From a virus: DNA of 64,000 bases. The notes under the pieces were generated by a model. It saw nothing but the letters and a program-made list of their open reading frames with translations, was not told where the DNA came from and made no database searches. This document shows, in pieces, positions 39,453 to 48,692 of this stretch. Every line of letters starts with the position of its first letter. Within the stretch, counting starts at the first letter, position 1. Both the position numbers and the translations under genes were made by a program. The stretch is taken from the IMG/VR virus record IMGVR_UViG_3300035670_010555, positions 64,001 through 128,000 of that record; one strand, written 5' to 3'.

Positions 39453-40664
39453 TTAATAAACTTTCTTTACCTCTTTTGCATACCATTCCATCGGGTAATT
39501 ACTCCACACTTCTTTTTGTTTTTCAATCGATGTATTTTGTATTTGTTCACCACTACTCTGTAGTTGTTCCAAATCAATCAAATTCCAATCTACATTTTCA
39601 GGTTTGTTTGCAATAAATTTCCAATCTTGGGGGAACCCTTTTTTGATATACCAATAAATAAATAACCATGCAGATTGAAATTCTTTGCTGTCACTTGCAA
39701 ATGGAATCTCGAGGGTATATGAGTCAGAAACATATGCTTTCCATTCACTCCATTTTGGATTTACCATTACACCATTTCGGAACTTCGCTACATAATTCAA
39801 AACTATTACGGGAACCTCTTGTCCACCATTAGGAATTATATTCATCGTAAAAGGTTGAAGATTTAATTTTTCTATAGGAGTTTGAACTTGAAAGTATCTA
39901 TTCATAGTTAATAATGCCCCAGGTAAAGACTCGGCTTCAGACTGACTCATCCCAAGGACAGCGGCTGGTGCATAACTATAGTTATAAAATAATGCCGCAT
40001 TATATTGAGATTTTGCCGAACCCTTTGTTCTCGCGGTTACTACTTTTGAAAACTCAGGGGTAAAAACAGTTTTTCTTTTTATAATGTTTTCTCCTGTCGC
40101 GTCTATTTCAATTTCAACAAACTGGTGTTTAGTATATTTTGGATCTTTGGCGAGTGCCGAAATTTGTGATGAAGTTAATCCTGGACTAGGGTTCCAAGGT
40201 GTGGTTGTGTCGATTTGTGGTTCGGTATCAACAAATTCTGGTATCGTAGTTATTATACCTTTCGAAATAAGACCATTCAACCAATTCGTCATAAAAGTTC
40301 GGATGGTTTCATACCTCATTTTACTCAAATCACCAGGATTTAATTTTTTCTTTGGTTCAACCTCTCTATTGTAATTTGGGACTTGTGACTCACTCGATTT
40401 CAGTTTGATAATAATTTTTTTATCATCATATTTTTTTAGAAATTCTTCGATTTCCGATAAATCGATGAGATTTGCAAGATTTACTGATGATGCACTGTGT
40501 AATCCAGATGGAAATTCTACTCTGTCCGTCAAACTTTTTGAACCTGTTTCAATCTCTCCAGTATTTTGTTCTGACATCAAGTAAAGATTCTTTGTTGCCG
40601 ATTCATGAAGAGATAAAATTCTATTTCTTTCGTCGTTTGATATTTCCCAAGTTTGCTTAATCAT
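39453..40664 (-). CDS. Hypothetical protein (possible internal head protein)
   Basis: Start at MIKQTW (40664) preferred because the track start lies within the MCP terminator. Confidence 0.6.
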   Translation of the reverse strand: MIKQTWEISNDERNRILSLHESATKNLYLMSEQNTGEIETGSKSLTDRVEFPSGLHSASSVNLANLIDLSEIEEFLKKYDDKKIIIKLKSSESQVPNYNREVEPKKKLNPGDLSKMRYETIRTFMTNWLNGLISKGIITTIPEFVDTEPQIDTTTPWNPSPGLTSSQISALAKDPKYTKHQFVEIEIDATGENIIKRKTVFTPEFSKVVTARTKGSAKSQYNAALFYNYSYAPAAVLGMSQSEAESLPGALLTMNRYFQVQTPIEKLNLQPFTMNIIPNGGQEVPVIVLNYVAKFRNGVMVNPKWSEWKAYVSDSYTLEIPFASDSKEFQSAWLFIYWYIKKGFPQDWKFIANKPENVDWNLIDLEQLQSSGEQIQNTSIEKQKEVWSNYPMEWYAKEVKKVY

Positions 40665-40693
40665 AGTACACAATTTATTATAAATATCCGGAT

Positions 40694-40725
40694 AAAAAAA
40701 AAGGGACAATTTCTTGTCCCTTTTT
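40694..40725 (-). terminator. Intrinsic terminator after major capsid gene
   Basis: A9-GGGACAA-tttc-TTGTCCC-T5. Confidence 0.85.
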
Positions 40726-40743
40726 ACCATATCGAAATTTCGA

Positions 40744-42534
40744 TTATCTCAATTCTCTCAAGTCGAATGTTCTAACTCCATCAACTGTGATTCTACCGTA
40801 GAATCTGTTATTAACCATTTTCTTAGCGTATCTAGTCATGATACCTTTGATTGGTGTAAAGTTGAATGGATTGTACATTGTAGGAGTTAATTGTAGAGGT
40901 ACATACGGTGCGTAGATGTAACCAGTGTCCAATAGAGAAGTTCCTTTGTGCCCCATCAATACTTGGTTTGGTGGGAAGTAAGGGTCTCTATACACTTGAT
41001 AACGACCTGCTAATGTACCAACTCTTTCAATACCCATGTTGTACTGATCCTGCTCAGGAGCTGCGTTTGATACGTGGAAGTATTCCAAGTCATCAAAGAT
41101 AGCACTGATTTCAGAAGAAACAACGATCCAGTTAGCTCCACCTCTTAATGTAGATTTGTGGATTTGTGCTGAAATTTGGTTGATTGCTGTGATAAGAGTT
41201 TGGTTCCAGTCTTTCTGAGTATAAGGAACTGCGTTAGATCCTAATCTCTTCCATCCATTGTAATCCCATCTTAAGTTCCAAGCCGCTCCTTTTCTAAGGT
41301 CTCTCAAGATTTCTCTATCGATTTCAGCAGCAACTTGCTCAGACAACAATGCAGTTAATTCAGCTTCAGCGTCGATGTTGTGGAATGCCGCAACGTCCTG
41401 CGCCATTTCTGGAGACCACTGTGCTCTTAATTTTCTTTCAGTTACAGAAACTGTTACTGACATAAGGTCGAATGAAACTTCACCAATCTTATCTTCGAAT
41501 TCCAAGTTCTTATAGATTCTATAAGTTGCTGTGAATGCGTTGTCAGCCGCTGCACTAGATTCGAAAGTAGAACCTGTGTAACCATCTAATGAACCACCAC
41601 AAGTGATACATACTGGTACTTGAAGGTCAACTTCCAAATAGATTTTACCTTCAGCGTCACATAGGTTGTCATACTGACCACCATCTGTCTTACTGTTAGG
41701 GAATACCAACGTAGCGTTGTTGTTACCATACTGAACGATACCTTTACCATATCTCTGAGTTACAACTCTGAACAAGTAAGGGTTAGAAGTGTTTGCAGAA
41801 GTGTAAGCGTTTCCAGCAACACCATATACAGTCAAATCAGATAAGAATGCTTCATTATCCATTGGTTGACCATCAGGACCGATTAACTTACCTGCTCCAT
41901 CAGAAGCGAAACCTGACATAACTACCAATACTTTTCTGTAGTTATCCAAAGTGTAAGCTGAAGGTACCAAGTTGTCTGCTAACCATGCTACAGTTCCAAC
42001 TTCAGCGGTGATTGCTGAATATTGTCCTTTAGAATAGTCGAACAATCCAGGAGGATCCAAAGCTGGTTCGTTACCTTCATAGAATCTGTCGTAAAGATCC
42101 TTAGTATTATTGTAGTCATAACCACTGTTCGGAGTTTGACCAGCCGCAGCGTTTGGAGAACCATAAGGTGCGTAGTGCTCAGAAGTACCTGGTTGGTAAG
42201 ACTGAATGTTAGGTACGAAGTAGAACAATTTACCGATAGGTAAGTTCATAGCTTGTACTGAAACGATATCGTTTGCTAATAATTTAGAGAATACTCTTCT
42301 AACGATAGGGAAAACAACTGTTTCAAATGCACCTGTATCAGATGTAGATGATGCTTCGTTAATTAAGTGAGAAGCTTGGTTTTCATAAAGTTGAGCTACG
42401 TTTTCTCTCATGTGACCCTTAAGACCCTCAAGGAATCCTAATTTGTCCCATTTGTTGATTGTGTCTTCTTTGATAACTTTAAGGTGCTTAAGACCGATGT
42501 TACCTACAAGACCTGATTCTAATAATGCTCCCAT
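40744..42534 (-). CDS. gp23: Major capsid protein, T4 gp23-like
   Basis: VRRVF, VQAM..P.G, RKLRAQWS.E.AQD..AFH.IDAEAEL, EIDREI, YAPYVPL, P..GIMTRY. Confidence 0.95.
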   Translation of the reverse strand: MGALLESGLVGNIGLKHLKVIKEDTINKWDKLGFLEGLKGHMRENVAQLYENQASHLINEASSTSDTGAFETVVFPIVRRVFSKLLANDIVSVQAMNLPIGKLFYFVPNIQSYQPGTSEHYAPYGSPNAAAGQTPNSGYDYNNTKDLYDRFYEGNEPALDPPGLFDYSKGQYSAITAEVGTVAWLADNLVPSAYTLDNYRKVLVVMSGFASDGAGKLIGPDGQPMDNEAFLSDLTVYGVAGNAYTSANTSNPYLFRVVTQRYGKGIVQYGNNNATLVFPNSKTDGGQYDNLCDAEGKIYLEVDLQVPVCITCGGSLDGYTGSTFESSAAADNAFTATYRIYKNLEFEDKIGEVSFDLMSVTVSVTERKLRAQWSPEMAQDVAAFHNIDAEAELTALLSEQVAAEIDREILRDLRKGAAWNLRWDYNGWKRLGSNAVPYTQKDWNQTLITAINQISAQIHKSTLRGGANWIVVSSEISAIFDDLEYFHVSNAAPEQDQYNMGIERVGTLAGRYQVYRDPYFPPNQVLMGHKGTSLLDTGYIYAPYVPLQLTPTMYNPFNFTPIKGIMTRYAKKMVNNRFYGRITVDGVRTFDLRELR

Positions 42535-42574
42535 TTTTAGTATTTTGTTTTGTTTTGTTTATTTGTTTATTTAA

Positions 42575-44278
42575 TTACCCAATTTTACTCATCAAATCTT
42601 TCATTCTTAAGAACTGAGGATTCTCATAAGTTTTTGACTCAATTAGGGTAGTTGATGACCCAGTAGAAACACTCTTGTTTAATTTAGTTTCTACCGACTC
42701 ATTGATTGGTGTACTTTCAGTTTTAGACAATTCATCCTTAATTGACTTATAAAGGTTTTTAGATTCTTTCAAAGTATCTACATTATCGAATCTTCTAAGA
42801 ATGTTAATTTTTTCTTTTTTAGTAGTCGAATGTTCAGTGAATAATCTTGTAGCATATGCCAAGTTTGAATTGAAGATAGCAACTTCATTAAGTTTCTCTC
42901 TAAAAACATTTAACGCTTTTCTGTATTCTTCATTTTTCTCTCTCAACGTTGCAACTTCTGATTCTGCGGATTCAACTTTTACTCCGTTATTACCATAAAC
43001 ATAATTTCTGTTATTAGTAATACCTTTTCTAAGTCCTCTTCCTTCTTTTGAACCCATTCCATAAGTTCTAGCAGCTTCTTTTGTTTCTCTTTTTTCGAAA
43101 CCTGCGTCATCTCTACGAGCCTTAGTAGTTTTAAGATCTTTTGAAGCAATTTTACCATGCTTCATTGCCAATCTTTCATCCTCTTTGTCCTTGTATCCTT
43201 GACCTTCTTTTGTTTCTCTTTTTTCGAAACCTGCATCATCCCTACGAGCCTTAGTAGTTTTAAGATCCTTTGAAGCGATTTTACCATGCTTCATCGCTAA
43301 TCTTTCATCTTCTCTATCGTCGTATCCTTGACCTTCTTTTGTTTCTGCCTTAACAACTTTGGATTTTTGTTCCATATTTTCACCTTTCTTGTATTCGAAT
43401 TTCGGTTTACCAGTACCTACTGATTTTGGTCCTTCTTTCTTATTTTCATCGAATCCACCTTTAGCTTTATCTTTGTAAGTGAATTTAGGTCCAGACCCAA
43501 TTCCAACACCTTTAGGTTTTACTGTCGATTTTGACTCTCTAACAGCTCTTCTATGGTTGTAAGATTCGTCCAAATCTTCTTCTTCCATCATGTCGTCATC
43601 TTCTTCTTCCATCATGTCGTCATCTTCTTCTTCCATCATGTCTTCGTCTTCTTCCATCATCTCGTCATCTCCTTCGTACATTTCTTCTTCTTCGAATTCA
43701 ATTTCGTACATAACTTCTTCTTCTTGGTCCATGTCAAAATCTTCAACATCTCCGTCTTTTGAGAAAATAGCATTGATTACATCTTCTGTATCAACATCCA
43801 TTTCATCGATTTCATCTACATGCATAGTTTCATCTAATTCTTCCTCTTCCTCGGACTCACCAAGCTTAACTAAATATTCTGAGTCAGTGTCAGTATCGCT
43901 TAAGTGAATATCTTCACCGTCTTTTTTAACGATGATACCATCTTCTTCACCCATAGCCTTGAACACCTTAAGAATTTCTTCGTCTGAAGCGTCAGTCAAA
44001 TCTATTGGACTCTCTTCTGAATCCATATCCATGTCCATATCAAATTCCATGTCCATTTCCATATCATCATCATTATCAACAGGCATATCGGTATCGATAT
44101 CTGTATCTAATTCAATCTCATCTTCCATATCTTGCTCTGACAGAGATTCTTTTACTAATTGGTTGATTTCTTCCTTCATAGTTGAAGCAAGTATTCCTTT
44201 TGCATTCTGGGCGATTGCTTCTTCAACATTTCTCATTTGAATTAACGCCTCTTGTACTAAGTTTTTATTTTCTTGCAT
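42575..44278 (-). CDS. Prohead scaffold/core protein (acidic, repeat-containing)
   Basis: Position between protease and MCP; extremely D/E/M-rich; C-terminal coiled coil. Confidence 0.75.
   Translation of the reverse strand: MQENKNLVQEALIQMRNVEEAIAQNAKGILASTMKEEINQLVKESLSEQDMEDEIELDTDIDTDMPVDNDDDMEMDMEFDMDMDMDSEESPIDLTDASDEEILKVFKAMGEEDGIIVKKDGEDIHLSDTDTDSEYLVKLGESEEEEELDETMHVDEIDEMDVDTEDVINAIFSKDGDVEDFDMDQEEEVMYEIEFEEEEMYEGDDEMMEEDEDMMEEEDDDMMEEEDDDMMEEEDLDESYNHRRAVRESKSTVKPKGVGIGSGPKFTYKDKAKGGFDENKKEGPKSVGTGKPKFEYKKGENMEQKSKVVKAETKEGQGYDDREDERLAMKHGKIASKDLKTTKARRDDAGFEKRETKEGQGYKDKEDERLAMKHGKIASKDLKTTKARRDDAGFEKRETKEAARTYGMGSKEGRGLRKGITNNRNYVYGNNGVKVESAESEVATLREKNEEYRKALNVFREKLNEVAIFNSNLAYATRLFTEHSTTKKEKINILRRFDNVDTLKESKNLYKSIKDELSKTESTPINESVETKLNKSVSTGSSTTLIESKTYENPQFLRMKDLMSKIG
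43075..43345 (-). repeat. 129-bp (43 aa) tandem duplication in scaffold
   Basis: ETKEGQGY...DDAGFEKR twice, then ETKE; unit starts at 43075, 43204, 43333. Confidence 0.9.
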
Positions 44279-44302
44279 AGAAAAAAATTGTTTAATTTAA
44301 CA

Positions 44303-44310
44303 TATAAATA
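44303..44310 (-). promoter_or_regulatory. Putative late promoter TATTTATA for scaffold-MCP
   Basis: TATAAATA on + strand, about 25 nt upstream of the scaffold start. Confidence 0.55.
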
Positions 44311-44352
44311 GTGCCAAAACTAAAAAAATTCATTTAACGATATCTCTAAAAT

Positions 44353-44377
44353 AAAAAAAGTGGTCATTTGACCACTT
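44353..44377 (-). terminator. Intrinsic terminator
   Basis: A-run AAGTGGTCA-tt-TGACCACTT. Confidence 0.75.
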
Positions 44378-44401
44378 CATTTGTTTCAGTTTGATTATTG
44401 A

Positions 44402-44611
44402 TTACTCAATTACTTCGTCGATTTTACTTTCAGATACTGCAGTGATTCTCCAATCATGAGTGAATCCTTCGTATTTTTTAGTCACTTTAGCTTCCACATC
44501 TGTGACAGAGTAACCTTTAACAAGTTTCTCTTCTCTAACTTTTTTAATCTTACCCGTGTTTTCATCAGGGAAATCATACTGAATTTTTGCTACAAAATAT
44601 TTTTCGTCCAT
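44402..44611 (-). CDS. DUF4494-like protein
   Basis: YFVAKIQY...GKIKKVREE.LV...SVTDVEA...ITAVSESKI.EV. Confidence 0.7.
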   Translation of the reverse strand: MDEKYFVAKIQYDFPDENTGKIKKVREEKLVKGYSVTDVEAKVTKKYEGFTHDWRITAVSESKIDEVIE

Positions 44612-44615
44612 AATT

Positions 44616-45332
44616 TTATTTTCCTAAAAAATCGTCTAATTTTCTCATTAAGTCAACTGACTTTCCAACGTAGTCGTTATTTTGTTTAGATTTTATTTCT
44701 TCCTCTAAATTTTCTTCATACTTACTTCTTTCGTCAGGGTTAGAAAATAAATAAGCTCCGGGTGTTGAAGGAGATGACACCAAATCAAAACATATTAATT
44801 CAAAATCATCTTGTACTTCATTTCTTTCCCCAACTTTTTTTAATGAACCAACTCCACGAGAAGAGATACCTAATGTTACTCCTTGTCTCATTAAGTTCGC
44901 CGCTTGGTCTCCTTTGGTTGAAACGATTCCTCTTTCGTGAAACCCTGGAGATGTCAATAATTTGAGTTTTCCCATTAGTATATTTTTATCCCACCATATG
45001 TCTGTGATGATGTGGGATACTCTATCTAAGTCTATTAACGATGACTCAGGGTGGTTTAATTCTGATGTGGATAACCCTTTAGAAATTGCTTGCTTATATC
45101 TTTCAGATTCCCTTTTCAAAATCCTTTCAGGATACGTTCTACCATTTCTATTTGGTGTGTCGTATTTTTGAAGAACCGCATAAAATTCAAATGGATTTCT
45201 ATAATCTAAATTGGCGGCTTCTTTCAGAACATCAATATTATGAGTGTCTTTGGGAGAAACCCAACCTGCATCCATTTCAATCAATATACCATGACCAAGC
45301 TCGCTCGCTTCTAAAATTCTTAAATTTTTCAT
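44616..45332 (-). CDS. gp21: Prohead core protease, T4 gp21-like
   Basis: NRNGRTYP, ELNHP, SHII, GISSRGVGS, FDLVSSPS.PGA. Confidence 0.92.
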   Translation of the reverse strand: MKNLRILEASELGHGILIEMDAGWVSPKDTHNIDVLKEAANLDYRNPFEFYAVLQKYDTPNRNGRTYPERILKRESERYKQAISKGLSTSELNHPESSLIDLDRVSHIITDIWWDKNILMGKLKLLTSPGFHERGIVSTKGDQAANLMRQGVTLGISSRGVGSLKKVGERNEVQDDFELICFDLVSSPSTPGAYLFSNPDERSKYEENLEEEIKSKQNNDYVGKSVDLMRKLDDFLGK

Positions 45333-45377
45333 CTAATCTTTTAAGATAAATATACGGATTTGGATTGTTTGTTATTT

Positions 45378-45809
45378 TTAGTCTTTTTTAGAAATAGAAA
45401 AATCGAAGTATTTGTTTTGAATCACGTTATTTTTATAGATGGATTTTACTATAGTTTTTATGGATTCTTTGAGTTCATCACACTTGAAATCCATATCACG
45501 TTGAGTATATAGATTGATTTCTAAATTAAAAAATGACTTTTTACCTTTTGATATCCCACTTGTTCGAAGGTCCAAATCTACAATATTTTTTTCTTGGAAA
45601 ATTTTACAATCTATCGATTCATAAACGGAATTTTTTATTTCTCGTCCCAAACCTGATACAACTCGGTTCCAATTATTTAACTCTTCTTTTGGTGTAACCC
45701 ATGATTGAATGTTTATGTAAACTGATTTTAAGTTTTTAGAATCTACTGTCCCATACTGTGATTTTATGGGATTGAACAGGTTAAGTTTAACACTTTTTCC
45801 TTTTTTCAT
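45378..45809 (-). CDS. Hypothetical protein
   Basis: ORF divergent from rpsU. Confidence 0.6.
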   Translation of the reverse strand: MKKGKSVKLNLFNPIKSQYGTVDSKNLKSVYINIQSWVTPKEELNNWNRVVSGLGREIKNSVYESIDCKIFQEKNIVDLDLRTSGISKGKKSFFNLEINLYTQRDMDFKCDELKESIKTIVKSIYKNNVIQNKYFDFSISKKD

Positions 45810-45878
45810 TAATAATGATATTATGTACGTTTATTAATGAAATTATATACATAATATGTATGATTGTCAAAATTTTTT

Positions 45879-45886
45879 TATATTTG
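45879..45886 (+). promoter_or_regulatory. Bacteroidota-type -7 element upstream of rpsU
   Basis: TATATTTG 16 nt before ATG. Confidence 0.5.
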
Positions 45887-45902
45887 TGGATATTTCTAAT
45901 AT

Positions 45903-46094
45903 ATGATAATAATAAAAATAAATCAGGGTAATCCCCTTGAGAAGGCACTCAAGACCCTAAAGTCAAAAGTAATTAAAACAAAACAAAATCAAATTTTATT
46001 TGATAGGAAACAATATACAAAAAAATCTGTACTTAGAAGAGCACAGATTTTGAAGGCAAAACATATTCAAAGTCTTAAAGACAAATCAAATTGA
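45903..46094 (+). CDS. rpsU: Ribosomal protein bS21 (Bacteroidota-type)
   Basis: MIII.I..G..LEKALK..K.K..KT....L..R..Y.K.SV.RRAQI.KA..IQ. Confidence 0.85.
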   Translation: MIIIKINQGNPLEKALKTLKSKVIKTKQNQILFDRKQYTKKSVLRRAQILKAKHIQSLKDKSN

Positions 46095-46784
46095 TTCTTC
46101 CAAATTTTTTAATTTCAAAAAGTTTAATTGGTCGAATTTTTCAGATTTAATTTTGTCAATCGTTTCTGAAATTTTTGTTTTCATATCCTGTGAGTCTTCA
46201 TTGTTTTGAAGATTAGTTAGTTTGGATATTGTACTTTCTCTTAATGTCTCAAATTTTGTCTCCAAAGTTTTGGTATCTTCAGAAACTATTTGGAAAAATT
46301 CTTTTTTAGAATTTTCATCCAAACCAAGAATATAGTTATTAATGGTTTGATTTGCGACCGCAACCATAGAACTAATTGGAATATTTATATTTTCCTTGAT
46401 TGATTCTTTTTTTGATGTAATAACCTTTAGAATATTTTTCTTCGCATTAACCCTTTCAAGTAAATCCACCCCTTGTGTGTAAACTAAAGTGTCAATATCG
46501 GAATAATTATTTTCAGTTTTTTCGGAAAGTGTGATTGGAAGTTTAATACTTGGTAAAACTTTGTTTAATAGACTAATCCCTTCTTCAATAAAATATTTTG
46601 CGTCCTGTTCACTTAACCCTTGTGGTGAACTCAGTTGATCATATATCGCGTATGCTTTAGACATAGCTTTATTACTCAAAACGTTGTGTTTGAATTCTCG
46701 CAAAGTCTTCTTGAATTCCATTTCATTTTTGTAGGATTCCAAGAGATTTTTTTCAATTAGGGATTTTACTGTTCCGAAGGTCAT
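46086..46784 (-). CDS. Hypothetical head-assembly protein
   Basis: Helical ORF between portal and protease. Confidence 0.55.
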   Translation of the reverse strand: MTFGTVKSLIEKNLLESYKNEMEFKKTLREFKHNVLSNKAMSKAYAIYDQLSSPQGLSEQDAKYFIEEGISLLNKVLPSIKLPITLSEKTENNYSDIDTLVYTQGVDLLERVNAKKNILKVITSKKESIKENINIPISSMVAVANQTINNYILGLDENSKKEFFQIVSEDTKTLETKFETLRESTISKLTNLQNNEDSQDMKTKISETIDKIKSEKFDQLNFLKLKNLEESI

Positions 46785-46805
46785 TGTGTCTTTTTCAAAT
46801 AAATA

Positions 46806-48656
46806 TTATGAATTTAATAACTTATCTAAGTGTTTTGAAATTTCTCCTAAAGAATCTTGTGCTTGTCCCAAATTTATTACCTGAGATCCTTCAATTAAAT
46901 TATTTTCCACTAATATGTTAAGGTCTTTTTTCTTTGATTCTGGTGTTACTTCAGTTGGTGGGGATTCTTCTGTTCCGCCTGCCGGTGGTAATTCTGGCTC
47001 TCCTCCAGGAATTTCTCCTCCACCACCGAATGATGGTGGTGGGCCCAATTCTTCTCCACCATCCGTAGTTGTCGCGGCTCCAGCCGTCGGAGTCGATCCT
47101 GTTTGACTACCATACAATTTGTCGATATTATCGAACAAACCTGTTTTGGTTATCACAGTTGGAGTTGCTTTAAGTTCTTCACCAACAGCTCTTTCAATTC
47201 TTTGTTGTTGTAAGTCTAAACGAACTTCGTCATCAGACCATCCAAATATGTGTTTCTTAGCCCATGTAGATGAGGTCGCCTGAATTCCATTTCCTGGATC
47301 TGAAACTAAATCTTTATACAATAATACTTTTTCTTTCCAAACGTCAATCTTTAACAAATCTGCTTGAGTTGATGGGTTTGTTAATCCGAGTGTAAAATTG
47401 GATAATTCATCTTCAAATCCTAATAAAAATAAATGTACGATAGCAATCTTATTCAGTTCCGCCAACATACTTTTTTGAATTCTATTTATTGTACGAGCAA
47501 ATCTAATATCTTGTAACGCCAAGTTTTTACCATCACCTACCACTTCTTCAAAACCCAAGAATGCCTTTGGTACTCGTAATGCAGTTAATAACTTTTTTTG
47601 AATATATTCAATATCGGCAATTTCAGACAAGTTAGTTGCTCCAGGTAGTGTGGTAATTGGATCTGGAGCTGCGGGGTCACGAACAGGAATAAAATAATCT
47701 TGGTCAACAGCCATTTGGTTGAATCTCATATCAACATTACCTGTCTTACTATCCACTACTTGTTCTCTTTTGAACTTGTTTGCAACTCGTTGTACATATG
47801 CTTCAACATCGTCATCATTCATGTTTCCAACAAACACTTTGAACATTCTTCTTTCGGGAGCTCTTGACGTACGGTAAATCAACATCGCATCTTCGGAAAG
47901 TAAAAGTTGTTTCCAAATACGTCTAGCTTTTTCCAACATAGATGTTCCGTATGGTAGTTTTCTGTCATCACCTAATAATCTGAAGTGAGCAATTTCCCAT
48001 GACTGAAATTCCATATTTTTATTCTTCCAAGTGAAGTGTAATGCTTTTCTGTCTTTATCAACTTCATTTTTAACATCAACAGATATTTTACCACTAGCAC
48101 CAACTTCATGTCGTTCAATTTCTATGGTCGGTAATTGTTGGCATCCAACAATTCCTTTCTCAGGGTCTAATTTAAGATACACAAAATTGTCACCATATTT
48201 ACAGGTGTTCCGTGTCCACATTGGAAGGTTGGTATTAACATCTAAAGCATTGTTGAACAAATCCGCTAATACCCCTTTTATTCTTTTTGATTCAGAATAA
48301 ATTTGTAGAATAAATCCATCTTCATTTGTTGTTGTGGATTCTTCGGCATAAATGTCTAACGCGGCTGAAATCTCAGGAGTATATTCCATCGACTCATAAT
48401 CGTATTGTGCGGACAACCTTGTTGGTTCATAGTAAATTGCCTGTGAATAAAGGTTGTTTTCTACCTTTGACCATTGATTGGTAAGGTAATATGTTTGTTG
48501 TGCTTGGAGTTTTTCTTTTTCGTATTCTTCTCTACTTTTGGTTCGCAGAAGTTCCTTTTTATCAAACTTGAATGTCGGATAGTCTTGATTGAGAAGTGAA
48601 TTAGGTCCAAATGTTTGTGACAATCGTTGCCAAACTGTCATATTTTGTTCTGCCAT
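46806..48656 (-). CDS. gp20: Portal protein, T4 gp20-like
   Basis: PEISAALDIYAEE, PYGTSMLE.AR..W.QL.L.EDAM.IYR..RAPERR.F...VGN, DYFIPVR, TLPG, L.VP. Confidence 0.93.
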   Translation of the reverse strand: MAEQNMTVWQRLSQTFGPNSLLNQDYPTFKFDKKELLRTKSREEYEKEKLQAQQTYYLTNQWSKVENNLYSQAIYYEPTRLSAQYDYESMEYTPEISAALDIYAEESTTTNEDGFILQIYSESKRIKGVLADLFNNALDVNTNLPMWTRNTCKYGDNFVYLKLDPEKGIVGCQQLPTIEIERHEVGASGKISVDVKNEVDKDRKALHFTWKNKNMEFQSWEIAHFRLLGDDRKLPYGTSMLEKARRIWKQLLLSEDAMLIYRTSRAPERRMFKVFVGNMNDDDVEAYVQRVANKFKREQVVDSKTGNVDMRFNQMAVDQDYFIPVRDPAAPDPITTLPGATNLSEIADIEYIQKKLLTALRVPKAFLGFEEVVGDGKNLALQDIRFARTINRIQKSMLAELNKIAIVHLFLLGFEDELSNFTLGLTNPSTQADLLKIDVWKEKVLLYKDLVSDPGNGIQATSSTWAKKHIFGWSDDEVRLDLQQQRIERAVGEELKATPTVITKTGLFDNIDKLYGSQTGSTPTAGAATTTDGGEELGPPPSFGGGGEIPGGEPELPPAGGTEESPPTEVTPESKKKDLNILVENNLIEGSQVINLGQAQDSLGEISKHLDKLLNS

Positions 48657-48692
48657 ACGTAATTTTACTATTTACCCTGATAATATAAATAG

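Noticed and set aside
39453-40664. OmpA-like domain suggested by LSKMRYETIR
   Set aside because: Only a faint resemblance; other OmpA motifs are not recognisable without a profile search
43553-44240. Ser-rich and Phe/His-rich + strand ORFs
   Set aside because: Antisense of the acidic scaffold repeats
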